Shown in pieces: positions 16,350 through 25,988 of a stretch of DNA of 37,438 nt. Source of the DNA: a virus. Under the pieces are notes generated by a model. The model did no database searches. It saw nothing but the letters and a program-made list of their open reading frames with translations, and was not told the DNA's origin. The position numbers and the translations under genes were made by a program. The number at the start of each line of letters is the position of its first letter. Position 1 is the first letter of the stretch. The stretch is taken from the UHGV virus genome UHGV-0041833. The stretch is one strand, 5' to 3'.

Positions 16350-16783
16350 GCAGAGTAACGGTGATTATATCCGCTCTGGTTATCTGCATCATCGTCTGCT
16401 TGTCATGGGCTGTTGATAATTACCGTGATGACGCCATCGTCTACAAAGTACAGCGCGATAAAGCCACATCCATCATCGCTGATATGCAGAAGCGTCAACG
16501 TAATGTAGCTGAACTCGATGCCAGATATACAAAGGAGCTTGCTGATGCTAATGCGACTATCGAAAGTCTTCGTGCTGATGTTTCTGCTGGGCATAAGCGC
16601 CTGCAAGTCGCCGCCACCTGTACAAAGTCAACGACCGGAGCCAGCGGCATGGGCGATGGAGAAAGCCCTAGACTTACAGCAGATGCTGAACTCCATTATT
16701 ACCGTCTCCGAAGTGGAATCGACAAGATAACCTCACAGGTCAATTACTTGCAGGAGTATATCAGGACGCAATGTCCCAACTAA
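16346..16783 (+). CDS. Rz: Rz i-spanin
   Basis: 145 aa; N-terminus [22 protein letters not shown] as in lambda Rz; ATGA overlap with R. Confidence 0.85.
   Translation: MSRVTVIISALVICIIVCLSWAVDNYRDDAIVYKVQRDKATSIIADMQKRQRNVAELDARYTKELADANATIESLRADVSAGHKRLQVAATCTKSTTGASGMGDGESPRLTADAELHYYRLRSGIDKITSQVNYLQEYIRTQCPN
16545..16730 (+). CDS. Rz1: Rz1 o-spanin lipoprotein embedded in the +1 frame of Rz
   Basis: 61 aa; AAGGAG SD 8 nt upstream; lipobox LLGISAC followed by a Pro-rich segment. Confidence 0.7.
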   Translation: MLMRLSKVFVLMFLLGISACKSPPPVQSQRPEPAAWAMEKALDLQQMLNSIITVSEVESTR

Positions 16784-16880
16784 TCACATTTTGAGGATAT
16801 TTAACGTCTATGCTTTAATGATTTTATTCATTGTTTTATAATCGCGAAGAATAATGATGAACTTGGCAAAGGATATGATT

Positions 16881-17105
16881 ATGCGTATTAAACCTCAAGA
16901 TTTTAAGTTTGATGTGTTGACTGTTGCTGGTTACGCTAACCCTAAAGCTAAAACACATTTCGCACCTTCTGCTTCTGGATTTAATTTTAAATGGGAGTGG
17001 GAAGGGAAAATTTATGAGCTTCATATCGAGCAAGAAAAATTACAGTACCCTGATTTTATTCTTGAACGACTTTTTGATGCCGCAATTGAGATGGCTAAAA
17101 AATGA
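16881..17105 (+). CDS. Small hypothetical protein (AT-rich cargo gene after the lysis cassette)
   Basis: 74 aa from ATG 16881 (AAGGA SD; track ORF begins at 16854); no TM or signal peptide; AT-rich. Confidence 0.45.
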   Translation: MRIKPQDFKFDVLTVAGYANPKAKTHFAPSASGFNFKWEWEGKIYELHIEQEKLQYPDFILERLFDAAIEMAKK

Positions 17106-17145
17106 CAAAAATCACCGGATGGGTTTTTTGTTTATAGATATTCAC

Positions 17146-17197
17146 ACATAGCCCTTGCATCTAGAACAGAAAATCTTGTCATGGCGCGGGGCTATGT
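17146..17197. repeat. 9-bp inverted repeat acatagccc / gggctatgt with 34-nt spacer between the convergent cargo genes
   Basis: Direct reading; possible bidirectional terminator or protein-binding site. Confidence 0.3.
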
Positions 17198-17211
17198 TAG
17201 CAAAAATTTAT

Positions 17212-17652
17212 TTAATAGGATATTTTGTTTGCAGATTTAAGCTCTTTAAGAGTAGCGTCAAGTATATGTAAAAATAGAGAAGTGTCGCCATACTCATAAT
17301 GTGGCTCGGATTTGTATTCTCTAATATAAATAAATCCACCTTTGGATAAAAATAAATCAATCAGCTCGTTGTTATTTTCATCGGTTGGGTCAATGGCAGC
17401 AAACTTCAATACAGGAGCTTCATCAATGACTAGCAGTGTTTCTTTGAAAATAAGTTCTAGTTCATATGTTGAAAGTTTGAGGGTTAACCTATTTTTTTTA
17501 TCTTTATTGAAAATTATTGTGTCGCCAAGAAAATCGTATTCAGAGCTTGAGTCAATAATGTTATTCTTAAGTTTGAGAGATATTGCATCTAAAGCCTTTT
17601 TATGCTCTGCGCACTTAACAACTTTATGAACATCTAAACTGGGGATACTCAT
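17212..17652 (-). CDS. Hypothetical soluble protein, reverse-oriented AT-rich cargo gene
   Basis: 146 aa from ATG 17652 with AGGTGG SD 7 nt upstream (track ORF begins at TTG 17715); opposite strand to all flanking phage genes. Confidence 0.55.
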   Translation of the reverse strand: MSIPSLDVHKVVKCAEHKKALDAISLKLKNNIIDSSSEYDFLGDTIIFNKDKKNRLTLKLSTYELELIFKETLLVIDEAPVLKFAAIDPTDENNNELIDLFLSKGGFIYIREYKSEPHYEYGDTSLFLHILDATLKELKSANKISY

Positions 17653-17754
17653 AATACAACCACCTATGTAAGAACTAAAGAGCATTGAGTCTATGTGATT
17701 AATATCAAGACCCAATTAAATTTTTTAAATTATTAGAGTTAGATCCCACTTTAA

Positions 17755-18105
17755 ATGCCCCCACGAACCCCAAAAGCCTGCCGCGTTCGCGGCTGCCGCC
17801 AAACCACCACTGATCCGTCAGGCTATTGTGAAAGCCACAAAAGCGAAGGCTGGAAACAATACAAGCCAGGACAATCCCGTCACCAGCGCGGCTACGGTTC
17901 GAAGTGGGATGTTATCCGCGCGCGCGTGCTGAAGCGTGACAAAGGCCTGTGTCAGTTGTGCCTGCATGTCGGTGTGGTGCGTGAGGCGAAAACCGTTGAC
18001 CACATCATCCCTAAAGCGCATGGCGGCACTGATGCAGACTGCAATCTGCAGAGCCTGTGCTGGCCGTGTCATAAGGCGAAGACGGCCCGTGAACGACTGA
18101 AGTGA
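17755..18105 (+). CDS. HNH endonuclease (terminase-associated)
   Basis: 116 aa; Cys-rich HNH motifs (CRVRGC...C, DHIIPKAHGGTD, CWPCH); immediately upstream of the terminase genes. Confidence 0.85.
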   Translation: MPPRTPKACRVRGCRQTTTDPSGYCESHKSEGWKQYKPGQSRHQRGYGSKWDVIRARVLKRDKGLCQLCLHVGVVREAKTVDHIIPKAHGGTDADCNLQSLCWPCHKAKTARERLK

Positions 18106-18230
18106 TAATAATTCTCAACTTTCTGAGGGGAGGGGCGGGTCAAATCCCTGTGACCTGACGTCTTCCGGACTGCCCGCCCCATCGTTTTTTTATACCCGCG
18201 AAAAATGAAATTTAACCAGGAGTGCCGCAT
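18106..18230. other. Candidate cos/packaging region with G-rich 8-bp inverted repeat ggggcggg / cccgcccc and T-run
   Basis: IR at 18132..18139 and 18173..18180 followed by TTTTTTT; located between HNH and terS. Confidence 0.3.
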
Positions 18231-18725
18231 ATGGCTGGAACGGCGGGGCGTTCCGGGCGTCGCCCCAAGCCAACGGCGCGCAAGGCGCTGGCCGGAAACC
18301 CCGGCAAGCGAGCCCTGAACAAAGATGAACCTGTTTTTACGCCCATCAAAGGTGTTGAGCCACCGGAGTGGTTCGCTGAAGAAGATCTCCCTCTCGCCAC
18401 GATCATGTGGCAACTGACAACCAAAGAACTCTGCGGTCAGGGCCTGCTGTGCGTGACTGACCTCGCGGTGCTTGAGCGGTGGTGCGTGGCCTATGAGTTC
18501 TGGCGACGTGCTGTGAAAAATATTGCCATACAGGGCAATACCATCACCGGCGCAATGGGCGGCAGGGTCAAAAATCCGGAGCTGACAGCCAAAAAAGAAC
18601 AGGAGTCCGAGATGAGCAGCACGGGGGCAATGCTCGGACTCGACCCCAGCAGCCGTCAGCGTCTGATTGGCCTGGCGGGGCAGAAGAAAGCCACTAACCC
18701 GTTTCTGAAAATCATCGAATCATGA
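18231..18725 (+). CDS. Terminase small subunit (P27 family)
   Basis: 164 aa from ATG 18231 (AGGAG SD); N-terminal [26 protein letters not shown] motif typical of P27-family TerS. Confidence 0.8.
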   Translation: MAGTAGRSGRRPKPTARKALAGNPGKRALNKDEPVFTPIKGVEPPEWFAEEDLPLATIMWQLTTKELCGQGLLCVTDLAVLERWCVAYEFWRRAVKNIAIQGNTITGAMGGRVKNPELTAKKEQESEMSSTGAMLGLDPSSRQRLIGLAGQKKATNPFLKIIES

Positions 18726-20455
18726 GCCGGAAATCTTACCCCAACGTAAATGCTGCCAATCAGTATGCCCGGGATGTCGTGCGCGGAAAGATTGTGGCCT
18801 GCCAGTTTGTGATTCAGGCCTGCCAGCGCCATCTTGATGACCTGATGGCGGAAAAAAGTAAGTCGTTTCGTTACCGCTTCGACAAGGACCTGGCTGAACG
18901 GGCCGCCAAATTTATTCAGCTGTTGCCGCACACCAAGGGTGAGTGGGCATTTAAGAGGATGCCCATCACGCTGGAGCCGTGGCAGCTCTTTGTGATCTGC
19001 TGCGCGTTTGGCTGGGTCAATAAAGGCTCCCGGCTGCGCCGCTTCCGGGAGGTGTATACCGAAATCCCCCGTAAGAACGGCAAATCGGCAATCTCTGCCG
19101 GTGTTGCCCTGTATTGTTTTGCCTGTGATAACGAGTTTGGCGCGGAAGTGTATTCCGGTGCCACGACAGAGAAACAGGCGTGGGAAGTCTTTCGCCCGGC
19201 TCGACTGATGTGTAAACGCACACCCATGCTGACGGAAGCGTTCGGGATTGAGGTTAACGCCTCAAACATGAACCGTCCGGAGGATGGCGCGCGGTTTGAA
19301 CCGCTGATCGGTAACCCCGGTGATGGTTCATCACCCCACTGTGCGGTGGTGGATGAATATCACGAGCACGCCACCGATGCGCTTTACACCACGATGCTTA
19401 CCGGGATGGGGGCGCGACGTCAGCCACTGATGTGGGCTATCACCACCGCCGGGTACAACATTGAGGGGCCGTGCTACGACAAGCGGCGGGAAGTCATCGA
19501 GATGCTCAATGGCTCGGTGCCTAACGATGAACTGTTCGGGATCATCTATACCGTTGATGAAGGTGACGACTGGACCGACCCGCAGGTGCTGGAAAAAGCC
19601 AATCCAAATATTGGCGTGTCGGTTTATCGCGAATTTTTGTTAAGTCAGCAGCAGCGTGCGAAAAATAACGCCCGTCTGGCAAACGTCTTTAAAACAAAAC
19701 ACCTCAATATCTGGGTGTCGGCGCGTTCGGCGTATTTCAACCTGGTGAGCTGGCAGAGCTGCGAGGATAAATCACTGACCCTTGAGCAGTTCGAGGGGCA
19801 GCCGTGCATTCTGGCCTTTGACCTGGCGCGTAAGCTGGATATGAACAGCATGGCGCGACTTTATACCCGCGAGATTGACGGTAAAACGCATTACTACAGT
19901 GTGGCCCCGCGTTTCTGGGTACCGTATGACACGGTGTACAGCGTCGAGAAAAATGAAGATCGACGGACAGCCGAACGCTTTCAGAAATGGGTGGAAATGG
20001 GCGTTCTGACCGTTACCGATGGTGCGGAGGTGGATTATCGCTACATCCTCGAGGAGGCCAAAGCGGCGAACAAAATCAGCCCGGTCAGTGAGTCACCCAT
20101 CGACCCCTTCGGGGCGACCGGGTTGTCACATGACCTTGCTGATGAAGACCTGAACCCCATCACTATCATTCAGAACTACACCAACATGTCCGACCCGATG
20201 AAAGAGCTGGAAGCGGCAATTGAATCGGGGCGCTTTCATCATGATGGCAATCCCATCATGACCTGGTGTATCGGCAACGTGGTCGGCAAAACCATTCCGG
20301 GTAACGATGATGTGGTGAAACCCGTCAAAGAGCAGGCGGAAAACAAAATCGATGGTGCAGTTGCGCTGATTATGGCGGTTGGCAGAGCCATGTTGTACGA
20401 GAAAGAAGACACGCTGTCTGACCACATTGAGTCCTACGGGATCCGCTCGCTTTAA
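18722..20455 (+). CDS. Terminase large subunit
   Basis: 577 aa; ATGA overlap with terS; size and position before the portal gene. Confidence 0.9.
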   Translation: MSRKSYPNVNAANQYARDVVRGKIVACQFVIQACQRHLDDLMAEKSKSFRYRFDKDLAERAAKFIQLLPHTKGEWAFKRMPITLEPWQLFVICCAFGWVNKGSRLRRFREVYTEIPRKNGKSAISAGVALYCFACDNEFGAEVYSGATTEKQAWEVFRPARLMCKRTPMLTEAFGIEVNASNMNRPEDGARFEPLIGNPGDGSSPHCAVVDEYHEHATDALYTTMLTGMGARRQPLMWAITTAGYNIEGPCYDKRREVIEMLNGSVPNDELFGIIYTVDEGDDWTDPQVLEKANPNIGVSVYREFLLSQQQRAKNNARLANVFKTKHLNIWVSARSAYFNLVSWQSCEDKSLTLEQFEGQPCILAFDLARKLDMNSMARLYTREIDGKTHYYSVAPRFWVPYDTVYSVEKNEDRRTAERFQKWVEMGVLTVTDGAEVDYRYILEEAKAANKISPVSESPIDPFGATGLSHDLADEDLNPITIIQNYTNMSDPMKELEAAIESGRFHHDGNPIMTWCIGNVVGKTIPGNDDVVKPVKEQAENKIDGAVALIMAVGRAMLYEKEDTLSDHIESYGIRSL

Positions 20456-20466
20456 CTGAGGTAATT

Positions 20467-20649
20467 ATGATCATGCTGATTCTCGCGCCTCTGGTGGGCG
20501 TGCTGGGTGCGCTTTTGCTGGCATATGGTGCCTGGCTGATTTATCCCCCGGCGGGTTTTGTTGTTGCCGGGGCGCTGTGCCTGTTCTGGTCGTGGCTGGT
20601 GGCGCGATATCTCGATCGTACACAGCTGTCTGTCGGCGGAGGTAAATAG
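20467..20649 (+). CDS. Small hydrophobic membrane protein between terL and portal
   Basis: 60 aa; GAGGT SD; two hydrophobic segments. Confidence 0.45.
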   Translation: MIMLILAPLVGVLGALLLAYGAWLIYPPAGFVVAGALCLFWSWLVARYLDRTQLSVGGGK

Positions 20650-21890
20650 TGTTCTTTTCGGGATTATTTCAACGAAAAAGTGACGCGCCGGTGACCACGC
20701 CAGCAGAGCTGGCGGAGGCTATCGGGCTGTCATACGACACCTATACCGGAAAGCAGATCAGCAGCCAGCGGGCCATGCGACTGACGGCGGTTTTTTCCTG
20801 CGTCAGGGTGCTGGCAGAGTCGGTCGGGATGTTGCCCTGCAATCTGTATCACCTGAACGGCAGCCTGAAACAGAGGGCCACCGGCGAACGTCTGCATAAG
20901 CTGATCTCCACGCATCCCAATGGCTATATGACGCCGCAGGAGTTCTGGGAGCTGGTGGTCACCTGTCTGTGCCTGCGGGGAAACTTTTACGCCTACAAAG
21001 TGAAAGCATTTGGCGAAGTGGCTGAACTGCTGCCCGTCGATCCTGGCTGTGTGGTACCGAAGCTTAACAGTAGCTGGGAGCCGGTCTATCAGGTCACATT
21101 CTCGGACGGCTCCACGGATGTGCTGAGCCAGGAAGATATCTGGCATGTGCGCACGCTGACGCTGGACGGTCTGGTGGGGCTGAATCCCATCGCCTATGCC
21201 CGCGAGGCAATATCGCTGGCAGCTGCGACCGAAGAGCACGGGGCCAGACTGTTCAGCAATGGTGCGGTGACGTCGGGTGTGTTGCGTACAGAGCAGACGC
21301 TGTCAGATCAGGCTTACGAGCGCCTGAAGAAAGATTTTGAGGAGCGTCACACCGGGCTTGGTAATGCTCACCGCCCGATGATCCTTGAGATGGGGCTGGA
21401 CTGGAAGTCGATGGCGCTGAACGCCGAGGACAGCCAGTTCCTGGAAACCCGCAAGTTTCAGCTTGAAGAAATCTGTCGTCTGTTCCGGGTGCCGTTGCAC
21501 ATGGTGCAGAACACCGATCGCGCCACCTTCAACAATATTGAAGAGCTGGGGCTGGGATTTATCAACTATTCACTGGTGCCGTATCTGACCCGCATCGAGC
21601 AGCGGATCAACACCGGACTGGTTCGAAAAAGTAAGCAGGGCGTTTATTACGCCAAATTTAACGCCGGGGCGTTACTGCGCGGGGATATGAAGTCCCGTTT
21701 TGAAGCCTACGCCACCGGGATTAACTGGGGAATTTACTCTCCCAATGACTGCCGCGACCTGGAAGATATGAATCCCCGTCCCGGTGGGGATGTCTATCTC
21801 ACACCGATGAACATGACCACGAAACCCTCCGATGGCAGTAAAGCCGGTAAGCAGAAGGATAACGCCAATGCAGACGAAACAACGTCTTGA
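20649..21890 (+). CDS. Portal protein (HK97 family)
   Basis: 413 aa; GTG start with GGAGG SD 6 nt upstream; position after terminase. Confidence 0.85.
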   Translation: MFFSGLFQRKSDAPVTTPAELAEAIGLSYDTYTGKQISSQRAMRLTAVFSCVRVLAESVGMLPCNLYHLNGSLKQRATGERLHKLISTHPNGYMTPQEFWELVVTCLCLRGNFYAYKVKAFGEVAELLPVDPGCVVPKLNSSWEPVYQVTFSDGSTDVLSQEDIWHVRTLTLDGLVGLNPIAYAREAISLAAATEEHGARLFSNGAVTSGVLRTEQTLSDQAYERLKKDFEERHTGLGNAHRPMILEMGLDWKSMALNAEDSQFLETRKFQLEEICRLFRVPLHMVQNTDRATFNNIEELGLGFINYSLVPYLTRIEQRINTGLVRKSKQGVYYAKFNAGALLRGDMKSRFEAYATGINWGIYSPNDCRDLEDMNPRPGGDVYLTPMNMTTKPSDGSKAGKQKDNANADETTS

Positions 21891-22518
21891 TGTACCGCTG
21901 AGTCTGAAATCTGTCAGTGACTCCGGTGAGTTTGAAGGGTATGGCTCCGTCTTTGGTGTAAAGGACAGCCACGATGATGTGGTGATGTCCGGGGCATTTG
22001 CTGCTTCCCTGCGGGCGTGGAGTGACAGAAAAGCGTTACCTGCGCTGCTCTGGCAGCACCGCATGGATGAACCCATCGGTGTTTACACCGAAATGAAGGA
22101 AGACGATGTCGGGCTTTACGTCAGGGGACGGTTGCTTATTGATGATGATCCCCTCGCAAAACGCGCACATGCACACATGAAGGCCGGTTCGTTAACCGGC
22201 CTTTCTATTGGGTACGTCCTGAAAGACTGGGAATACGACCGGAGCAAAGAAGCCTTTCTGCTGAAAGAAATCGACCTCTGGGAAGTCAGCCTGGTGACGT
22301 TCCCGTCTAACGACGAGGCGCGGATCAGCGACGTCAAGAACGCACTGGCCCGCGGGGAAATCCCCGAACAGAAAAAAATCGAAAGAGTCCTGCGTGATGT
22401 CGGACTCTCCCGTACCCAGGCCAAAGCATTCATGGCCGGGGGCTATGGCGCACTGTCCCTGCGCGACGCTGAGGATGTGGGCTCTGCACTGAATGCACTG
22501 AAAAATCTGAACTTCTAA
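21868..22518 (+). CDS. Prohead protease (HK97 family)
   Basis: 216 aa from ATG 21868 (AAGGA SD); located between portal and major capsid genes. Confidence 0.8.
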   Translation: MQTKQRLDVPLSLKSVSDSGEFEGYGSVFGVKDSHDDVVMSGAFAASLRAWSDRKALPALLWQHRMDEPIGVYTEMKEDDVGLYVRGRLLIDDDPLAKRAHAHMKAGSLTGLSIGYVLKDWEYDRSKEAFLLKEIDLWEVSLVTFPSNDEARISDVKNALARGEIPEQKKIERVLRDVGLSRTQAKAFMAGGYGALSLRDAEDVGSALNALKNLNF

Positions 22519-22532
22519 TCAGGAGAAATACG

Positions 22533-23738
22533 ATGGCGGTTGATATTAAAGATGTCGAACAGGTCGCGCAGGAGCTGCAGCAGAAGTTTGACGACTTCAA
22601 AGCAAAGAACGACAAGCGCGTGGATGCGATTGAGCAGGAAAAAGGCAAACTTGCCGGGCAGGTGGAAACCCTGAACGGGAAACTCAGCGAGCTGGAAAAC
22701 CTCAAAAGCGATCTTGAAAAAGAGCTGCTTGAGCTGAAACGTCCGGCAGGTGGTGCGCAAAATAAACTGGCCACCGAGCATAAAGAAGCGTTTGTGGGCT
22801 TCCTGCGTAAAGGCCGTGAAGATGGTCTGCGCGATCTGGAGCGCAAGGCATTGCAGGTGGGCACCGATGAAGACGGCGGCTATGCCGTGCCGGAAGCACT
22901 GGATCGCAACATTCTCACCCTGCTGAAAGATGAAGTGGTGATGCGCCAGGAAGCCACGGTGATCACCGTTGGTGGTTCCGACTACAAAAAACTGGTGAAT
23001 CTGGGCGGCACGGCTTCCGGATGGGTTGGCGAGACTGACGCGCGCTCCCAGACTGCCACCTCAAAACTGGGCCTGATTGAACCTTTCATGGGGGAAATCT
23101 ACGGTAACCCGCAGGCCACCCAGAAAATGCTGGATGATGCCTTTTTCAACGTGGAAGCATGGATCAACAGCGAGCTGGCAACCGAATTTGCCGAACAGGA
23201 AGAAATTGCCTTTACCACCGGCGATGGTACCAAGAAGCCGAAAGGGTTCCTGGCGTATGAATCCACTGATGAAACCGATAAGGTCCGGGCGTTCGGCAAA
23301 CTTCAGCATATTGTATCCGGCGAAGCGACGGCGGTGACCGCAGACGCCATTATCAAACTGATTTACACGCTGCGTAAGGCACACCGCACTGGCGCGAAGT
23401 TCATGATGAACAACAACAGCCTGTTTGCCATCCGTCTGCTTAAAGACAGCGAGGGTAACTATCTGTGGCGTCCGGGGCTGGAACTGGGGCAGCCGTCCTC
23501 TCTGGCGGGTTACGGTATCGCTGAAAACGAACAGATGCCGGATATCGCCGCTGATGCGAAAGCCATTGCATTTGGTAACTTCAAACGGGGTTACACCATC
23601 GTTGACCGTATCGGCACCCGCATTCTGCGTGACCCGTACACCAATAAACCGTTTGTCGGTTTTTATACCACCAAGCGCACCGGCGGGATGCTGGTCGATT
23701 CGCAGGCCATCAAACTGCTGAAGATTGCAGCGGCGTAA
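22533..23738 (+). CDS. Major capsid protein (HK97 fold) with N-terminal coiled-coil delta domain
   Basis: 401 aa; AGGAGA SD; coiled-coil-like N-terminal 100 aa then capsid domain. Confidence 0.85.
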   Translation: MAVDIKDVEQVAQELQQKFDDFKAKNDKRVDAIEQEKGKLAGQVETLNGKLSELENLKSDLEKELLELKRPAGGAQNKLATEHKEAFVGFLRKGREDGLRDLERKALQVGTDEDGGYAVPEALDRNILTLLKDEVVMRQEATVITVGGSDYKKLVNLGGTASGWVGETDARSQTATSKLGLIEPFMGEIYGNPQATQKMLDDAFFNVEAWINSELATEFAEQEEIAFTTGDGTKKPKGFLAYESTDETDKVRAFGKLQHIVSGEATAVTADAIIKLIYTLRKAHRTGAKFMMNNNSLFAIRLLKDSEGNYLWRPGLELGQPSSLAGYGIAENEQMPDIAADAKAIAFGNFKRGYTIVDRIGTRILRDPYTNKPFVGFYTTKRTGGMLVDSQAIKLLKIAAA

Positions 23739-23749
23739 TCACTCAGGGG

Positions 23750-23799
23750 NNNNNNNNNNNNNNNNNNNNNNNNNNNNNNNNNNNNNNNNNNNNNNNNNN
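23750..23799. other. Assembly gap (50 N) interrupting a GC-rich hairpin after the capsid gene
   Basis: Left flank cagggg and right flank cgcggaaccgcgccccctg are complementary halves of a strong stem-loop. Confidence 0.7.
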
Positions 23800-23837
23800 C
23801 GCGGAACCGCGCCCCCTGTTCTGACGGGTGAAGAATC

Positions 23838-24038
23838 ATGATCCTGAAACAAGATCTGAAATGGTCACCGGACGGTATGCGTGTTGAGGTCATTCGGGCC
23901 GGTGAGTATGACGATGGGGCGCTTCCTGCCCGGGTGCAGGAGATTGCACTTCAGGCCGGGTTAGCAGAGCGCGGAATCAGTGCAAAAAGCAGTAAAGCGG
24001 CAAAAGAGAAAAAAGCCACGACCAGTAAAGAGGGCTGA
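23838..24038 (+). CDS. Small hypothetical head-module protein
   Basis: 66 aa; Lys-rich C-terminus; immediately downstream of an assembly gap. Confidence 0.4.
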   Translation: MILKQDLKWSPDGMRVEVIRAGEYDDGALPARVQEIALQAGLAERGISAKSSKAAKEKKATTSKEG

Positions 24039-24040
24039 GT

Positions 24041-24364
24041 ATGCTTCTGACAATGGAAGAGATTAAAGCCCAACTCCGGCTGGATGAGGATTTCGATGCT
24101 GATGACCGCCATCTGCAACTGCTGGCCTGTGCGGCACAAAAGCGGACGGAAACGTATCTGAACCGGAAGCTCTATGCACCGGATGAAACCATTCCGGACA
24201 GCGATCCGGACGGGCTGCACCTGCCGGATGATATTCGTCTGGGGATGCTGATGCTTATCAGCCATTTTTACGAAAACCGCTCGTCGGTTACGGAAGTGGA
24301 GAAACTCGACATGCCGCAGAGTTTTGGCTGGCTTGTCGGCCCGTACAGGTACTTTCCGCAATGA
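24041..24364 (+). CDS. Head-tail connector protein (gp6-like)
   Basis: 107 aa; position after capsid; typical acidic N-terminus. Confidence 0.65.
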   Translation: MLLTMEEIKAQLRLDEDFDADDRHLQLLACAAQKRTETYLNRKLYAPDETIPDSDPDGLHLPDDIRLGMLMLISHFYENRSSVTEVEKLDMPQSFGWLVGPYRYFPQ

Positions 24365-24771
24365 AAATTCGTCAGGCGCAGACCAGCGCAACCTACATTC
24401 TGCCGGACCCCGGTGAACTGAATAAACGCGTCCTGATCCGCCTGCGGGTGGATATGCCCGCGGATAACTTTGGCGTGGAGCCTCAATACCTGATTACGTT
24501 CCGGACATGGGCGAAGGTTATCCAGACCAGTGCCACCACCTGGCAGGAAACCGCGCAGACCGGGGACGCCATCACCCATTACATCACCATTCGTTACCGC
24601 CGGGGGATTACCGCTGATTATGAGGTGGTCTGCGGTGACAGTGTGTACCGGGTGAAACGTCAGCGCGATCTGAACGGGGCGCGGCGCTTTCTGCTGCTGG
24701 AGTGTACGGAGCTGGGCGAATGTAGGCAGAGTCACGGAGGCAACAATGACGACTTCCTTTTTGCACGTTGA
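24361..24771 (+). CDS. Head closure / head-tail adaptor protein
   Basis: 136 aa; ATGA overlap with upstream gene. Confidence 0.55.
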   Translation: MKIRQAQTSATYILPDPGELNKRVLIRLRVDMPADNFGVEPQYLITFRTWAKVIQTSATTWQETAQTGDAITHYITIRYRRGITADYEVVCGDSVYRVKRQRDLNGARRFLLLECTELGECRQSHGGNNDDFLFAR

Positions 24772-25252
24772 TTTTCAGCAGCCCGCGGAGATGCGCTTTA
24801 ACCGCGCCCGTGTCCGGCGGGCGTTTGTCACGATTGGTCAGCGTCATATGCGTGATGCCCGTCGGCTGGTGATGCGCCGTGCGCGGTCGGCACCGGGTGA
24901 AAACCCCGGTTATCAGACCGGACGCCTGGCTCGTTCGATTGGTTACATGGTACCCAGAGCCAGTAAACATCGCCCTGGTTTTATGGCACGTATAGCCCCT
25001 AACCAGCGTAATGGAGAGGGAAACCGCCGTATCACCGGTGATTTTTATCCGGCTTTTTTGTTCTATGGCGTGAGGCGAGGGGCAAAGCGTCGTCGCAGCC
25101 ATCATCGTGGTGCATCCGGTGGCAGCGGCTGGCGACTGGCTCCACGTAATAACTTTATGGTGGAAACGCTTGAAAAGAACCGCAGCTGGACACGCTATTT
25201 TCTGGCGCGGGAATTACGTAAATCACTGAAGCCGGAGCGACGACGCAGATGA
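24746..25252 (+). CDS. HK97 gp10-like tail-completion/neck protein
   Basis: 168 aa; GGAGG SD; basic C-terminus. Confidence 0.55.
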   Translation: MTTSFLHVDFQQPAEMRFNRARVRRAFVTIGQRHMRDARRLVMRRARSAPGENPGYQTGRLARSIGYMVPRASKHRPGFMARIAPNQRNGEGNRRITGDFYPAFLFYGVRRGAKRRRSHHRGASGGSGWRLAPRNNFMVETLEKNRSWTRYFLARELRKSLKPERRRR

Positions 25253-25809
25253 AACTGACGCCTGTTATTGCTGCGCTGCGTGCCCGCTGCCCGTATTTTG
25301 AAAACCGGGTGGCAGGCGCGGCACAGTTCAAAAATCTGCCGGAGGTCGGAAAGCTGAGACTCCCGGCGGCATATGTGGTACCGGGTGATGACTCTCCGGG
25401 AGAAAACAAAAGCCAGACCGACTACTGGCAGGAGCTGAAAGAGGGCTTCTCCGTGGTTGTCATACTGAGTAACGGACGTGATGAGCGCGGTCAGTTTGCC
25501 TCGTATGATGTGGTGGACGATGTCCGGCAGATGCTCTTTAAGGCCCTGCTGGGCTGGAACCCGGAAGCGTGCGGTAACCCGATTACCTATGACGGCGGCA
25601 CGCTGCTGGATCTGAATCGTCATGAGCTGATTTATCAGTTCGATTTTTCGGTCATCAGAGAGCTGACCGAAGACGATACCCGCCAGCAGGATGACCTGAA
25701 CAGTCTGGATGAACTGCGAACGCTGGCGATTGATGTTGATTATCTCGATCCCGGTAACGGGTCTGACGGCGATATCGAACATCACACCGAAATACCCCTT
25801 CCTTCCTGA
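25249..25809 (+). CDS. Tail-associated protein (tail terminator/sheath stabiliser-like)
   Basis: 186 aa; ATGA overlap; position immediately upstream of the sheath module. Confidence 0.45.
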   Translation: MKLTPVIAALRARCPYFENRVAGAAQFKNLPEVGKLRLPAAYVVPGDDSPGENKSQTDYWQELKEGFSVVVILSNGRDERGQFASYDVVDDVRQMLFKALLGWNPEACGNPITYDGGTLLDLNRHELIYQFDFSVIRELTEDDTRQQDDLNSLDELRTLAIDVDYLDPGNGSDGDIEHHTEIPLPS

Positions 25810-25817
25810 GGATCATC

Positions 25818-25988
25818 ATGTTTGTGAAACCTGTTAAAGGGCGGTCAGTGCCTGACCCTGCCCGCGGCGACCTTTTGCCCGCCGAAGGGCGAAATGTTGA
25901 TGAGAACAACTACTGGCTGCGCCGTGAAGCAGCGGGTGATATCCGGCGCGTGAATAAAAAGGTGAACACCGATGACGATAAGCTTTAA
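25818..25988 (+). CDS. Small protein preceding the sheath gene (DUF2635-like)
   Basis: 56 aa, not in the ORF track; GAGGA SD 5 nt upstream; MFVKPVKGRSVPDPARGDLLPAEG... typical of small ORFs preceding Mu-type sheath genes. Confidence 0.45.
   Translation: MFVKPVKGRSVPDPARGDLLPAEGRNVDENNYWLRREAAGDIRRVNKKVNTDDDKL

Noticed and set aside
18916-20427. Multiple minus-strand ORFs within terL (for example 18916..19269, 20126..20425)
   Set aside because: Antisense to a long well-supported terminase gene, no RBS, GC-driven open frames.
22430-22899. Minus-strand ORFs antisense to protease and capsid genes
   Set aside because: Low-complexity Ser/Arg/Pro-rich translations typical of antisense frames in GC-rich coding DNA.
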